From: Eledone cirrhosa
Taxonomy: Eukaryota
Direction of reading: 5' to 3'
NCBI GenBank assembly: GCA_964016885.1
Contig: OZ024740.1
Span: 402,690,001 to 402,754,000, forward strand
DNA length: 64,000 nucleotides
Under the pieces are notes generated by a model, which searched no databases, was not told where the DNA came from, and worked only from the letters and a program-made list of their open reading frames with translations. This document shows, in pieces, positions 12,343 through 29,299 of this stretch. The position numbers were made by a program, and so were the translations under genes. The stretch's first letter is position 1, and every line of letters begins with the position of its first letter.

Positions 12343-13184
12343 ATACAAATTTTAGTACAGCATTTACGAAGCTTTAGGCTGCGGCTAAGCTAACGAATGC
12401 AGATTCTGAATGTAGCTTTAGCACTCGATGGAGAATAATACCCCAGAGTTATAACAATACGTTTAGACAGCCTTTCAAATCAAATATAGCGACCGGCAGT
12501 CCAGCCACATTGCCATAGCAACGATAAAGACTGAACACAGGGAAAGATTTTGACTGACCAGGACCATCACGCGGAGATCGAATGCAACACAACGCATATC
12601 GTATAGCATACGATATACATCACATATAACATACAACATCCACGCTAGGTTTCTGTAAATCTGAGATCGACTAATTCCGCTTGCAGGAGTCTGCAAGTTA
12701 ATGGCCTTTGACGACAGAACAAAGGATTTACTTCGTCAACAAGTCTTGCGTTCTATAGCCTCAGCGGGTGTGTTTCTAGCAATAAATTTCGCTATAGACC
12801 CGTGGTTTTCTCAAAGGGAGGTAAACCCCCCACCCCCCCCCCACCCCCACCCCCACCCGTTTTGGCGGTGAATTCGAAATTTGGGACAAAGGAATGAAAT
12901 TCCCTTATGCAAACCGAATTAAGCACTCAACCAGAAGTTATCAAACAAACATAAATAATTAATCAATCAATAGAATTGTCTAATTAAATTAATCAGTTAA
13001 TCGTTAATTCTAGGAGTTAAAATACAAATTTTAGTACAGCATTAACGAAGCTTTAAGCTGCGGTTAAGCTAACGAATGCAGATTCGGGATGTAGCTTTAT
13101 AACAATACGTTTAGACAGCTTTGCAAATCAAATATAGCGACCGGCAGTCCAGCCGCATTGCCATAGCAACGAAAAAGACTGAAC
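12343..13184 (+). repeat. Direct duplication (12343-12536 and 13022-13184; second copy has an internal deletion of ~30 bp)
   Basis: Both copies run ATACAAATTTTAGTACAGC...AAAGACTGAAC. Confidence 0.9.
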
Positions 13185-13198
13185 TCAGATATGTCTCG

Positions 13199-13236
<38 letters not shown>

Positions 13237-13502
13237 CAAAATAAAGAAAAAAAAAGTAGCTTCACACGAATCAAATTTATAGATTGACTATTCGAAACAA
13301 AAGCAATTTCTTTTCCTCTATGATAAAATGTAAAAATACCGACTGGTAATAACTCTTTAAGGAACCAAAATGTATGTCCTTTATTTATTCGAAGATATAA
13401 AAACGAAAAATCGATTTAAACAACAAAACACGCATATGGTTCTAGCTAACAGAAAATGTAATGTTCCAAGTAAAGTATATGTATGATGTGTTCGGTATTT
13501 TG

Positions 13503-13581
<79 letters not shown>

Positions 13582-15289
13582 TTGTGTGTATAGATGTGTA
13601 AAATGTTTATATATACATTCCAGGTCTAGTCCATATTTCCTTTGAAGATTATATGGACCGAACATTTAAATTTTCTGAGTGCTACCTAGCCAAATATTAT
13701 TTAATGGGATGGTGCCTAAATACCAAATGAAATGATTCGCGAAGTCATCATCTCCACCGTCATTGATTCGACACCCTTCTTTTTCTTCTTATTCTTCGCC
13801 CAGTTAGCCAGAGCGGTGTAATATAGTCGTATTTAGCTTTCAATTATTAATTGTTCTACTGTTGACTGTATATAGTGATATCACTATTATAACTATATCG
13901 GATTTCAAGATTTCACATTTTCCCACTGAAAATATATTGTAGGTTATTCGCATGTCATGCTGAAGTCAGAAACATGTGAATTGTTCACATATCACAGCAT
14001 ACGATATGTGGTATCCATTTAAAACCATGAAGAAGATTACATGTATTTAAATGCCTTGTTTATAATGTTCCCTGTACAAGTAACCCCATGATGTGTATGT
14101 ATGCTGTGTGGGTGCAGGTATGTGTGTAAAGATGCGATAGTGTGCTCCTGGATGTGTATATCATTTAATAGTCGTAATATATATAGCCAGACATACACAT
14201 GTCTGATCTATTCCTCGTCTGTTTACATGTGAACATAGGCTGTATGAATTGTTTTTGTGCCAGTATATGTTTTATATATGTAAACATATACATGCACATT
14301 CTAATGAATGTATGTGTATGGTCTTGTACATACAAATATGCATTCGCATGCTTGCATATGCCTCTGAGTTTTAATGATCTTAAAGATTTGCTTTTCGTAT
14401 ATTTATTTGTTTATATACATATTTATGTCTTTGTTTGTTTATTTATTTATTACATCTAATATTTTTATTTATTTGTCAGGGTTTTTCGTTTTGCTTTTCT
14501 TGCTTCATTATTTTCCCACAGTGACTTCTATTCACAATGTTGCCCATCTCAACTCAGCCATCTTTAATCTTATCATTTCGAACTGGTTTCCTTTATCTCC
14601 CCTACCCTCTCCTCTCCTCTCTTTACTTTCATTAGTCTTTACGACAGGTCGATGTTAAATCATACCAACAAAGATTCATGACATTAAAGGCCAGCTTATA
14701 CAAAAGCTAGCTCGATTCTGATCTTGTTCTCATCATAACGGCATTGCCCAAGTGATAATCGAATGACTTGAAACCTAAGATGGTCTTCGAGTTGTGCTCT
14801 TCCTACCCACATCTAAGGCACAACATTGTCATTCTTTTCTTCTTCATTTTATTTGAGATCAATTTTTCTCTGAGGCCATTTAACTTCATCTCCCAGCCGA
14901 TTCATTACTCATTTGTCTATCCGTCTTTCTTTTTTATTACTTTTTCATTACATATATGTGTGAGTCTGTTTATGTATGCCTATCTGTCTTCCTGTTTCTA
15001 TCTTGTTATCTTTTCATTTTCTCTCACCTTCAATTTCTATCCGTTTCTTTATGTATGTGAATATATAACACACTCACTCTTTCTCTCTGATTGTCTCTTT
15101 TCCTCTCTTGCTACTCTCTCTATATAAGACTATCCTTCATCGTTCTGTATCTTTTATTACTTCTGTATAACCTTTGAATTTCCTTTTCTTCGCTTTGATA
15201 GTGTCACTCTCATTATTACTTTGTCACTCTGTATGTCTGTCTTCTCTTTTTCGCATTAAATATACATACCTTCAATTACGACTGCATAT

Positions 15290-17960
<2,671 letters not shown>

Positions 17961-18582
17961 CAGTATGTGTGAGTATATGTGTAGGAATGCGCGCGACTGT
18001 TTGTACGTTTGTAATGTTAAGTGTACTAATCTTTTGAAAAGTGTCATAATATACATCATTTCCTTTTAATCCGACAGTTTACATTTTGAATTAGATTTGA
18101 AGCTGCTTTATATGGTATCCAGAAGTATATATGTATGTGCATGTCCATGTTATATCGCAAAACACACACACTCACATATTAATATATATGAATATATATA
18201 TATATACATATATATATTATGTATATATGCATATATGTGGGAGGGAAGGAGAGCAGTGAAATAAAATACTCAATATATAATTAGACATGATGCCTCCAAA
18301 GGCAACACTTAAATTCATGTATTTTCAGTTGATTTAAAGAGAAAGAAACATTGCAAAACCTGCAGAAATTATTTCTATCTGAATTAATGAACACAACATC
18401 TTTCTGGACATAGGGTTACACGTGGCTATTCCGATACACACACAATCAGACAAACCCGTACATAAATATATACACACATGCACACAAAATAATCCCCCTA
18501 CAGATAATACAAAGTCACTAACATGCATGTGGAGACACATATGCACACAATCATCCGACATACACATGAAAATATACATACA

Positions 18583-18630
<48 letters not shown>

Positions 18631-18844
18631 AACGTACACACTCACATACATAGATGCAATAGAAAATGTCACATACATACACACGTGGAGTCACACATGC
18701 ACACAGATGCACACTCATGCGATCACATATGCACAAAAATCAAAGAACTCACAGACGTTCACACACACACCAGTCTGCACTCACCAACAATGTAAGACCC
18801 AAAGATACACACAAACTGTTCACACACACAAACTGAATCAATAA

Positions 18845-19128
18845 CCCACACCTACCGATTTCATCCCTTCGACACACACACACACTACCACACCCATGAC
18901 CCTCCATTCGGCCCCAACTACCGAATGCCGTACCTCACGCCTACCAACCCCAGTCTATCAATCTTTTCCACGCACTACTTTCAAGTACCTACCTCTTCTC
19001 TCCCTATCGGAACTTTTCTGACGAAGAACTTCGTTTGAAACGTAGAACCCTCCTCTACTTCCTCTAAGATTGAATCTTATAAGACTTTGTATTTTTGCAT
19101 CCTTGTGTTTTTGTTTGGTGTATTTGTC

Positions 19129-19132
<4 letters not shown>
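18845..19132 (+). mobile_element. Penelope-like 3' end/pLTR fragment with minimal hammerhead (19015-19047)
   Basis: C-rich leader, then TTT-CTGACGA-AGAAC-TTC-GTTT-GAA-ACGT-A-GAA (palindromic minimal stem III), then a T-rich tail running into (TA)n. Confidence 0.6.
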
Positions 19133-19216
<84 letters not shown>

Positions 19217-21130
19217 GTGTGTGTGTGTGTGCGTGCGTGTGTGTGTGTGTGTGTACAACGTTAAGTGCTTCCTGTGGATATAATATGATTACATATATAT
19301 ATATATATATATATGCACGTATATATATTTATGGCTATATAAACAAATATATACGTAAAAATAATTACACTGTTGAATGATTGTAAATCATTTTCAAGAC
19401 ATTCTTTCCGTTCACGCCATCTAATGGAAATTGTAGTTGAGTTATTGACAGTTAACATTTGGGAAATGCCATGGTGTATTTTGCGTGTGCTGCAACTGCT
19501 TGCCGGATTGGGGGTTGAATTCTTCTATTAGTATAACAATAACATCTACACTTATTCTTGGAATTTTTGTGGTAATCTATATGAAATAGTATTGCTGTCA
19601 ACCAAACTTTCTTCCATTTAAACTTATATTTAACTCCGTACCCTGTATTAAAAAATGTTTCAACGTTTTATTCGTGTGAATAAAAAATCAATCAATTATA
19701 AGTATAATCTTGGACATGCTGTATAAATATCTTATAATGGTTTCTAATTGAGACACAAAACAAATATTCTTGGGAAAACAAACAAATACACCACGAAATA
19801 CCATTAAATCCTTTCTTATGGCTTACACGACTGAGATCCTTAAAAGAACGCAAACTGTGTGCGTGTATGGTATGTATCTCTGTATTGAGCCTAAGTTCCG
19901 CCGAGTGTTTCATTTGTTCTAACAATGAAACTGTTTGCTCATGAAATTGACATAAAAGTGACTGAGCATTTCGCGTCAAATGTACCCTTTACATAATTCT
20001 AAGGGTAATTCAACCTGACAGAGTGAGTGGCAAAACTAGCCCATTGAATTAGGGGCACAATTTATTTTTGCCAGCTTTGTGGAACTAAACAACGTGAAAT
20101 ATAGTTTCTTGGCCAATGACACAACCTACTGCTGGAAAGCAAACACCCGCCGTTACGATTATGGGCTGAACACACTAACCACCTACCCACAAGCTCTCAC
20201 GTAAGCCAAGATATACACCTAAGGGAACCTGTATTAATTCACGACATTCAAAATGGTTTACCTGAACATACACCCCATCCTAAATGTAATCACATTAACT
20301 GTACTACTCATATAGACAGTCGATCTGCAAAATCGTTAGAGTCCCGGACAAAATGTCTTGGTGTGTTTAGTCACATCCATTTACGTTCTGAATTCAAATA
20401 TCGCCGAAGCAATCTCCGTGTCATACTTTCGAAGTCAATAAAATAAAGTATTACGCAAGTATTAGAGTCGATTTAATCGACTTTTCCTCTCTTTTAAATT
20501 TATGAACTTGTGCATAAATTAGAAATCATTATCTGTACCAGGTATGTTGATGAGATATTTATTGTGACAGCTACGGAAAGAGAGGTTGGTTGAAGCTACA
20601 ACAATAGCAGCAGAATGAACAATGGCTTCTAAATTATTATTAAGCAGAAATGATATCGGCAGACACGGAAAGATGTATGAGCTATCCATTACTATTTTGT
20701 GCCGTCCCTATTTGATCGGAGTTCAAATAATAAATAGGGAGCGACATAACTATTTCAATCAAGTCAGCATTTGTCACCTAAATTGAGACAGATATCAATT
20801 TAACTAAAATTTATTCAACACTAAATATCATATTGTTATTTACGGGAATGGAAGTATTGTTGCGGTTGATGGCCTCAATTCCATGATTGGATGGTTCCTC
20901 GATAAATATATAAACTCTAGAAACAGGGAATATATACAGAAAACCCAATATATACTGGGACAGCAATAGATGCATGAATTCTTAAATTCTTAAAACAAGT
21001 TTGTTGTATGAATAAATATTGTGAGTTATCCTGTCGTAACACCATGTTAATTATATAATGCATACCTTGTTTTCGAAACTTGTCACATTGATTCTCCGAA
21101 AAACACAATCACCGTTGTCTGACATGGTTA

Positions 21131-21316
21131 TAATTGTTTCTACTTTAGGCACAAGGCCAGCAATTACCCAGTGCATTACTGGTACTTTATTTTATCGACC
21201 CCGTAAGGATGAAAGTCAAAGTCAACCTCGGCGAGATTTGAACTCAGATCGTAAAGGGACGTAACTATGATGGAAAGCATGGCGTCCGACCCTCTACCGA
21301 TACTGCCAATCCACCG
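21131..21316 (-). mobile_element. tRNA-derived SINE family A, full length
   Basis: Reverse complement of the copy at 30698-30890. Confidence 0.9.
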
Positions 21317-21394
21317 AGAGAATTTATGTATATATTAATAAATATGGTTATAATAATAATAATTCTGGTGTGATTTTTTTCTAATTATATATGT

Positions 21395-21584
<190 letters not shown>

Positions 21585-23328
21585 GTGAGGGGGTGCAGAG
21601 TAGACTTAAACTGAAGTCATTCTAAGTCATTCTAATTACATATGAATTAGATATGGATAAATTAACGGGTATATTTGGAATATTGTAATGTGTTTAACAT
21701 TACAGTATATTGCCATGTTTTCATTTTCTAATAAACCGGCTCTACCCAGCGTTTACATTTAAAAATATGCTTATGTGGTGATAAATTAGTGTGAAAACTG
21801 TAGAAAATATGTACATTGCACTGTATGTTCTATAGGATGTGTGGCGTTTGGAGTGAGAGGGTAGTGGCGTGTGATATGATACCATATGTGACAGTATCAT
21901 AGCGTAAATTGAATGACTATGCAGTTGTCTAGCATGGTTATTCAACTTGTGAATGGAAGGCAGTGTGTAAATAGAAAGATGTGTATATACTAAGCTGTGG
22001 ATGGTAGAAGTGGAGATTGTTACAGCCATTTCACGGCCGGACGATTGCAGATTCAAATAATTCGCAGACGTCAAACGGTACACGCAAGATTTCTTTTCTT
22101 CGTGCGCACATTCATTCTCATTATCCAATCCAATTGTGTTTCTAATTCTACTGTGGAAAGTGTTTGTTGTTTCATTGTTTATTTTGTGTTTTGTTATTTT
22201 CTGGAAGCTTAATTTGAAATGTAAACGTAGAGATTGTTAGGGTGGTTTTAGTTGTATTTTTGTTGGTGTAAGTGTTGATAGGAGTCATCGGTGGTCATGA
22301 TAGTAGAGATGATCGTCCTGGTGGAAGTATTGCATGTTAATAACATAGCACTGAAGGTAGTGATGTAGTTATTATTAGTGGTAGTGCTCGTATTCATCAT
22401 GTTGACAGTGCTAAAAGTCGTGGCGATTATTATGTTGGTATTAGATTTGATAGCGTTGATAGTTTTGTTGTGGTGGCAGTGATAGGTATTAAATGGTGAT
22501 GATAATTATAATTATGATGATAGAACTTATAATGCTAACAGTTGTAACGTTAGTGGTGATGTAAGCAGTGACAATTGTAATAGTGTTAGTTTTGGTTTGT
22601 TATGTTTGTTATTATTGTTGTTATTATTGTTATATATATAGTTGCTATTGTTGCCATTTATATTGATGTTGCTTAAGTCCAGTTTAGCAATTCGTACGAA
22701 ACATCGTTCAGCCGCAATCAACTCATCTACTTGTGTATATATTTAAACATTGACGAATGTTTCATTCTTTTTATAAAACAGTAAGATTTAGAGGAGTTAG
22801 CTTCTATAGCGGGTGTAATTGTTATTGTTTAGCATGAACCAACTCGAACTGAATCAAGCTGTCCTATGATCATAGATTTTGCAGGTGTAACTATATAGGT
22901 TTTCCCCGAGCCAGCGTGTACCTTTTAAAAACATTAGGATGGAATTTGAGGAATATTTGTCTGCTATTTCTAGCAACTCGAGTAAATGCATAGTGGTGCC
23001 AGCAATTGTTCGAATTGGCTCTTTAAGCTAAGTTTCTCAGAATACAAGTAAGAATTATTCGACGGAAAATATGGTGATGATGTGATGACCCTGCAAATGC
23101 TGAGAGAGCCAATAGTTGCAGTTATCATATGCATAAATGCAACGCTAGAAGCAGACATGTCTGTGTAGTTACAAAGTCCGTTTACTAATCACGATGTCCC
23201 CTATTCATTCCAGCGCTGTGCCATTTCAGGAAGCTGTACCATAGTCTCCGATCAAACCAAGCATTTTGAGTGAAATTGGGTAGAGAGAAAGTACTTTGGA
23301 CATTGGTTCTTATTATTACAAGGTTTGC

Positions 23329-23517
23329 AGGCGGTGAATCGGCAGTATCGGTAGAGGGTTGGACGCCATGCTTTCCAGCATAGTTACGTCCCTTTACGGT
23401 CTGAGTTCAAATACCAGCAAGATTAACTTTGCCTTTCAACCTTAAAGGGTCGATAAATAAAGTACCAGTAATGTACTGGGTATTGCTGGCCTTCTGCCAA
23501 AAGTAGAAACAATTATT
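23329..23517 (+). mobile_element. tRNA-derived SINE family A, full length
   Basis: Head, B-box, central domain and GTAGAAACAATTATT tail all present. Confidence 0.9.
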
Positions 23518-24075
23518 ACAAAGCACAGCCATAAAATGTACTAAATACTGCTGATTGGCTAAGAATTACATGAAGCGTACATGTGTCTGTAGAATATCCT
23601 ACCACTTACACATTATTTCACGAGTCGGAATGTTCTGTTGATCGTAAGATTGAATGTTTTTTCCTCGAAATCGACGGAGGGCCAAACATTAAGGGTAGCA
23701 TAATACTTTGAAGTAAGTAATCGTGCAAATAACGTCAGCTATTATGTCTTTATTACGGAATAATTCGTATCAGTTTTCGAATATTCGATCCTCATTTTGA
23801 CACAGAACCATACATTGTAAAACAAAATATTGAATGTTGAGACGGTCATACATTCATCAAGTATGTATAATATTGATATGAAATAGGAGACCTAATAAAT
23901 ATATACGTATAAATAAATAACGTATAAATAAATAAATGTCAGAGGATAATCATAAAATGCGTAATGTATTTAGAATTAGTTGTATTGGTGTTTATATAAG
24001 TGTATACACTCGAAACTGATTTTAATCTTGTAAATATCATTCAAGAATCTAGTACCTCCAAAAATGTATATGGAA

Positions 24076-24167
<92 letters not shown>

Positions 24168-24235
24168 TGTGTGTACAAACACTCACTCACAAGGGCACAC
24201 AAACATACACACACAGATATATACACTCACACACA

Positions 24236-24270
<35 letters not shown>

Positions 24271-24438
24271 CTTGAGGCGGCACGTTGTAAATCAGTTGAT
24301 ATTTTCAAGTATTTTTTACATCATATATTTCTTATTAAAATTCCTCATACATAATATATTTCCCTTATTCTTACTTTCCTTCCCTACACACATATTAATG
24401 CATATACTATACACATGCACTCATGCACATACACTTAT

Positions 24439-24473
<35 letters not shown>

Positions 24474-24568
24474 CACACATACATACATACATACACACAC
24501 ACATATATATATATACACATACACACATAAACACACACATATATATATATATATATATATTTGTTTGT

Positions 24569-24611
<43 letters not shown>

Positions 24612-24620
24612 GATCATCAG

Positions 24621-24713
<93 letters not shown>

Positions 24714-25100
24714 CAGGCAGAAGTAGTTTGTGCGTTTAAGTTTACGTTTATATTTGTTTTAATCATAATAAATCTGAAAAATAGTCGGAGGTACTTAATT
24801 ATTTTAGTTTCTACACCAAAGTGCTACGGAAATTAATGAAGTGGATTTTACATTTATCATTTTACATATTAATAAATTCAAAATTTTATAAAACCCTTGG
24901 TTTCTATGCAAATCTCTAATTGAATATTGCTTCGTACTTGAGAAATATTTTCCACTGAGTTTTCGTTACATTCTTTTCAGCAAAATAGGTGCAGACATGG
25001 GTTTGCAGTGAAGGAGTTCACTTCATCAACATATGGTTCTGGTTCCAGTCTCACTGCTAGGGCAAGTGTCGCCGACTATACCACTAGGTGTACACCATTT

Positions 25101-25141
25101 CCGAGAAAAATTTGTTTCACCTCAACGGATCATCAGCTCGG
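25101..25141 (-). ncRNA. Minimal type I hammerhead-like motif with weakened stems II and III
   Basis: Minus strand: CCGAG-CTGATGA-TCC-GTTGA-GGT-GAA-ACAAATTTT-T-CTCGG; stem I is a perfect 5 bp. Confidence 0.5.
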
Positions 25142-25253
25142 TTTAAATGCGATGGACTGAGTGCTCTACTACTGCACATATAACCTACCAGTGTTTTGGC
25201 ATTATATATATATATATGATATAAGATCAAAATATGGTTAAAAGAGTTCCAAG

Positions 25254-25324
25254 TATTTTATTATGCGCATTTCAAAAACAAATATCATCATGGGATGATA
25301 TCTGCGTTTTAATCAGATAAAATA
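25254..25324 (-). ncRNA. Type I hammerhead, G8>T variant (CTGATTA)
   Basis: Reverse complement of 25426-25496 with one core substitution. Confidence 0.65.
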
Positions 25325-25425
25325 GGGATACATGATATGAAGCTTAAAAAACACTTGTGAATAGTGAAGTTTTAAATCAACATATGTTGATTTAAAACTT
25401 CACTAGGCTTCATATCATGTATCCC

Positions 25426-25496
25426 TATTTTATCTGATGAAAACGCAGATATCATCCCATGATGATATTTGTTTTTGAAATGCGCATAATAAAATA
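25426..25496 (+). ncRNA. Minimal type I hammerhead, intact
   Basis: TATTTTAT-CTGATGA-stem II (CAGATATCATC/GATGATATTTG)-GAA-ATGCGCAT-A-ATAAAATA; 8-bp stem I and loopless palindromic stem III. Confidence 0.85.
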
Positions 25497-25636
25497 CTTG
25501 GAACTCTTTTAACCATCTTTTGATCTTATATTATATATACTCAAGTCCTACAAACTGTAGAGTGGTACTTATCCGTACTTATTTGCATTGCTTTATTGTG
25601 CTACAAAAAAACTCACCTCCTACACACACCCACGCC

Positions 25637-25671
<35 letters not shown>

Positions 25672-25844
25672 CTTTGATAACTTTGATAACTTCGATAGGT
25701 TTCGGCCAGTATTAGATCAAGCCATGTTTAATTTGATAGCACCACCTGGCTAATCAGGGTTTGGACATCATGACCCACTCAATAGAGAGTTATATATATA
25801 TATATAAAGAGAGAGAAAGAGAGGGAGAGAGATAGAGAGAGAGA

Positions 25845-26480
25845 GCGTTTCCCCGGAGGGCGGTAAGGGAGACGTGCTGGAAAAGCCACTCCAACTCGCG
25901 GGCACACACCTGCGGCTGGCCAGCTCAGCGCCTATGGTGGTGAGTAAGGAGGTAGCCCTGGAGCTGAGGACACCAGAAGTCTCCACTGCCAGGGGTACGA
26001 CCGCAAAACTGTCAGGGAGCGACCGGTATTTGAGAAGTTTGGCCATCTGAGCCCGACGTGCAGCAGAACCTGGGTCAGACGCAGACTGCACCAGGTTGCG
26101 GCTGCAGAAAGTGTCGGTGCAAGTGGCATCCCAGACGAGGGGTTTGCCACCTCGGAACGGGAGGATGGTCATGCCATCAGGCCTTTTTTACCGTCCCCTC
26201 GGTCCAGCCTCACCGGCTTGAGCTGGGAAGGAAAGCCTGCAGCGTCCAAGCCTTGCTTAATGACCTTGTTTAGGGCAGCATGGCGTGGAATGCGGCCGGC
26301 ACTATGGCGACAGGAAAGCGGGTGGAGGCGGGTGGAACCGCAACGACATTGGTGTGGCTAGCAGATCCGGAGGCGAGCCTCAGGGAAATGCCGATTCGCA
26401 GGCTATGGTTGTCTAGCTGTGTGCCAGTTGAGAAGGAAGGCAGGGCATGGAGCCAGGCACCACTGTGGGGTTTGGGGGCT
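25845..26480 (-). mobile_element. CRE-clade non-LTR retrotransposon C-terminal fragment (restriction-like endonuclease), frameshifted
   Basis: Minus strand reads AWLHALPSSQLGTQLDNHSLRIGISLRL ... RIPRHAALNKVI ... RPDGMTILPFRGGKPLVWDATCTDT ... KLLKY ... VPLAVETSG. Confidence 0.8.
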
Positions 26481-26820
26481 GGTCCTGTAACTTAGCGTTT
26501 CAACAGAACCAATGCGGTAAATTATGTGCCAGATTTGAAATATACAGAGGTCAAGTAAAATGATTAAGTAAACCATGTTGATACACTAGCATGGCTAAAG
26601 TCTAATGACTTGAAATAAAATAATTAAAGCTATTGGGGCATTAAGTTCAATCCTATTGAATCTTCAAAACTTCTTAAAGCGACTAGGAATACCATAGAAG
26701 TTGCGTGTCATACAAAGTGTGACTTTGCTAGATATTGCCCACATTTTGAGGAAAATATTGCCCACATTTTTAGGAAAATATCCCGCTGCATTATCCATCT
26801 GCACTGCATGACAGCGATAA

Positions 26821-27016
26821 TAATTGTTTCTACTTTTTGGCACAAGGCCATCAATTACTCCAGTACATTACTGGTACTTTATTTTATCGACCCCGTAAAT
26901 ATGAAAGGGAAAGTTAACCTCGGCGGGATTTGAACTCAGGCCGTAAAGGGCCGTAACACCCTGTGCTGCAAAGCAGGGCGTCCGACCCTCTACTGATACT
27001 GCCAATCCACTGCCCT
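26821..27016 (-). mobile_element. tRNA-derived SINE family A, full length
   Basis: Reverse complement of the family consensus seen at 30698. Confidence 0.9.
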
Positions 27017-27039
27017 GACAGAGTGATAATAATAAAATT

Positions 27040-27075
<36 letters not shown>

Positions 27076-27483
27076 AAAATATTAATGTTTTATTCTTTGC
27101 AGCAAGAGTGACAGTTAAACAGAAATTAAAAACAACAGCAGCAAGAAAAATAACAACTTCAACAACAACATCATCAACAACAATATTACTGCGCTTCATT
27201 ACTATCATCATCATCATCAATATTATAATTACTATAATCTACTTATCATCATAAGAGCAATCATTGTTGTCATCATCTTAACGATCTTTCTCTATTTTCC
27301 TGATATGATTTCGTTCGGTTCACAAATCAAAAGATTTTTATGACAAACATAATTATACAAGGTAATTTGTTTTGCCTCTCTGATTCTTAATTTTATCCTA
27401 CATGCTCGTGTGTGTACGAAATCCTAGTATTTATGTGTGTATGTGTGTTTATATGTATGTGTATGTATATATATATGTGTGTG

Positions 27484-27586
<103 letters not shown>

Positions 27587-28084
27587 GTGTGTGTGTGTGT
27601 ATTTGTGTGTGTGTGCATCTGTGGGTATGTACGTTCGCATATGTTTATAACCATAAATCTTGTATGGTAGAGCTTAGTTAGCAATGTGAAGATATTTGTT
27701 GATGTCTATCTATAATATACATATACATATACATTCAAGTACGCATTGCTATACATACATTAATTTATATAAACATATTATTTCAAATATTTCCAAACAA
27801 TGCTTAAAATAATTAAAACAAAGTACTTTATTCGAAATTCTTGGTTAAATGATACCATCATCAGTACATATAAGATCTGTTTTGTCTTGGTTAATGGTAG
27901 AAGTTTGAAAAAACATAAACTTTCGTTGATTTAATTCTACAAGTTGTTGAATAGATCATACATTACAGGGTTTATAATTTGGATTATTATTTGGTTTATA
28001 GTTTTATTATAGGGTTTAGTATTGTCCTCCCCTAGGTCTAACATTTCAGAAACTCAAAGGTAGAGACAATGCATATTGAACAAG

Positions 28085-29252
28085 AAACAAATCGCCGGGC
28101 TTGTATGGTCAGCACTATGAGTTTTACGTAGGCATGACAGACTTCTTCTCCGATTTCCTCAAAACTGTCTGTAGCGACAACAGAACGAGGGAATGCCCAG
28201 TTCTGTGAAAGATCGAAGAAAAGAAAAAGATGGAAACAAGAAGGAGATTTTAGACAACTTCAGGGCCACAATTCTGCTAAAAACAGTTGAAGATTTTTTC
28301 AGGGTGCTACAACGATGTTGGCGCTTGTCCCCAGGAATATGTTAGGAGTGGCGCACATGTATAGCACACGTGTCCAATCCCAGGTCCATATACGACGACA
28401 TAACCTTATATGATACATCATAGAGAGGGTAAAGTGTAAACCTGGCTTCAGTGGTGTTCTGATCAATGTATGATAGATCAATCGAAAGCTTTCGAGAAGG
28501 TCCTCCATAAATACCTGGACGATGCCCTCAAGGCAACCGGCTTTGGTTCCATCTTCAAAACCTGAATCGCTGCAATGTACAGCGGCATCCACTCGGTGGT
28601 CAAAGTCACTGGCCACCTTTCGAAACCGTTCCAGATTAAGCGCTAGGTCCGTCAATGATGCCTTCTTTCCTCCCTTCTGTACATACTGACTCTCGAGCCT
28701 CTACTGTGGAAGTTGGAGCTGTTGCAGAGAATCATGCTCGAACCCCGATATGATCGTGATGGTGTCGAACACCCCGGAAATCGAGGTAGATGGCAATTTC
28801 ATAGAGGAATATGAAAGATTGACGAGAGCAAAGATCTAACGGAAAAGTTGTTGGATTTTCAGCTCGACAATTAGTGAGAAAATTCATTGCCGTTCAACAG
28901 CGTCGTGGAAAGTTAGACGAACGGATCGGTGAAGTTGCTCGGAGTATGGTTTGCGACAGACCTCCAGCTGGGTAAGAACTAAGACGAGATAACAAGTCGG
29001 GTGGCCACTCTCACCTAGAAATGGGCCGAGAGCAAGCTATCCCTGAAAGATCAGCAGAATGTGGTGAACAGAACAAGTATATCCCGTCCGTCATCTATTA
29101 CCACTTGACCGCTATGCCTTGCCTTGCTCTATTCACTCATTGCAAAATTGAACAACCTGCTCTTCAACTTCTTGTGGAAGAGACAGGGTTTATTAGTGAG
29201 GCGATCCATTTGCTGCCAGCACCCTCTACGCAAAGTGGCTGGGTATACCCTG
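28085..29252 (+). mobile_element. Old degenerate RT fragment of the same Tx1-like family as 30913-36905
   Basis: Collinear nucleotide similarity to ~34612-35790 (e.g. GAAATGGGCCGAGAG-AAGCTATCCCTGAAAG). Many stops; the catalytic YxDD segment is deleted. Confidence 0.85.
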
Positions 29253-29299
29253 ATGTTGATGTAAAACAAACAGCCCACAAGAATGGATACTACTTGATA

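Larger units (their letters stand above)
10792..13500. repeat. Outer inverted repeat, ~275-bp arms (10792-11065 / 13228-13500)
   Basis: Arms are reverse complements with scattered substitutions. The inversion continues inward across the microsatellites (AATCGAGACATATCTGAG at 11267 vs CTCAGATATGTCTCGATT at 13184). Confidence 0.9.
25212..25539. mobile_element. Head-to-head fold-back element in TA repeats, with a hammerhead in each arm
   Basis: Palindrome centred on ATCAACAT|ATGTTGAT (25383/4); the left arm has a ~17-bp extra segment. Confidence 0.9.

Noticed and set aside
19692-19979. 95-aa minus-strand ORF with ordinary composition
   Set aside because: Non-ATG start, no motif and no splice support.
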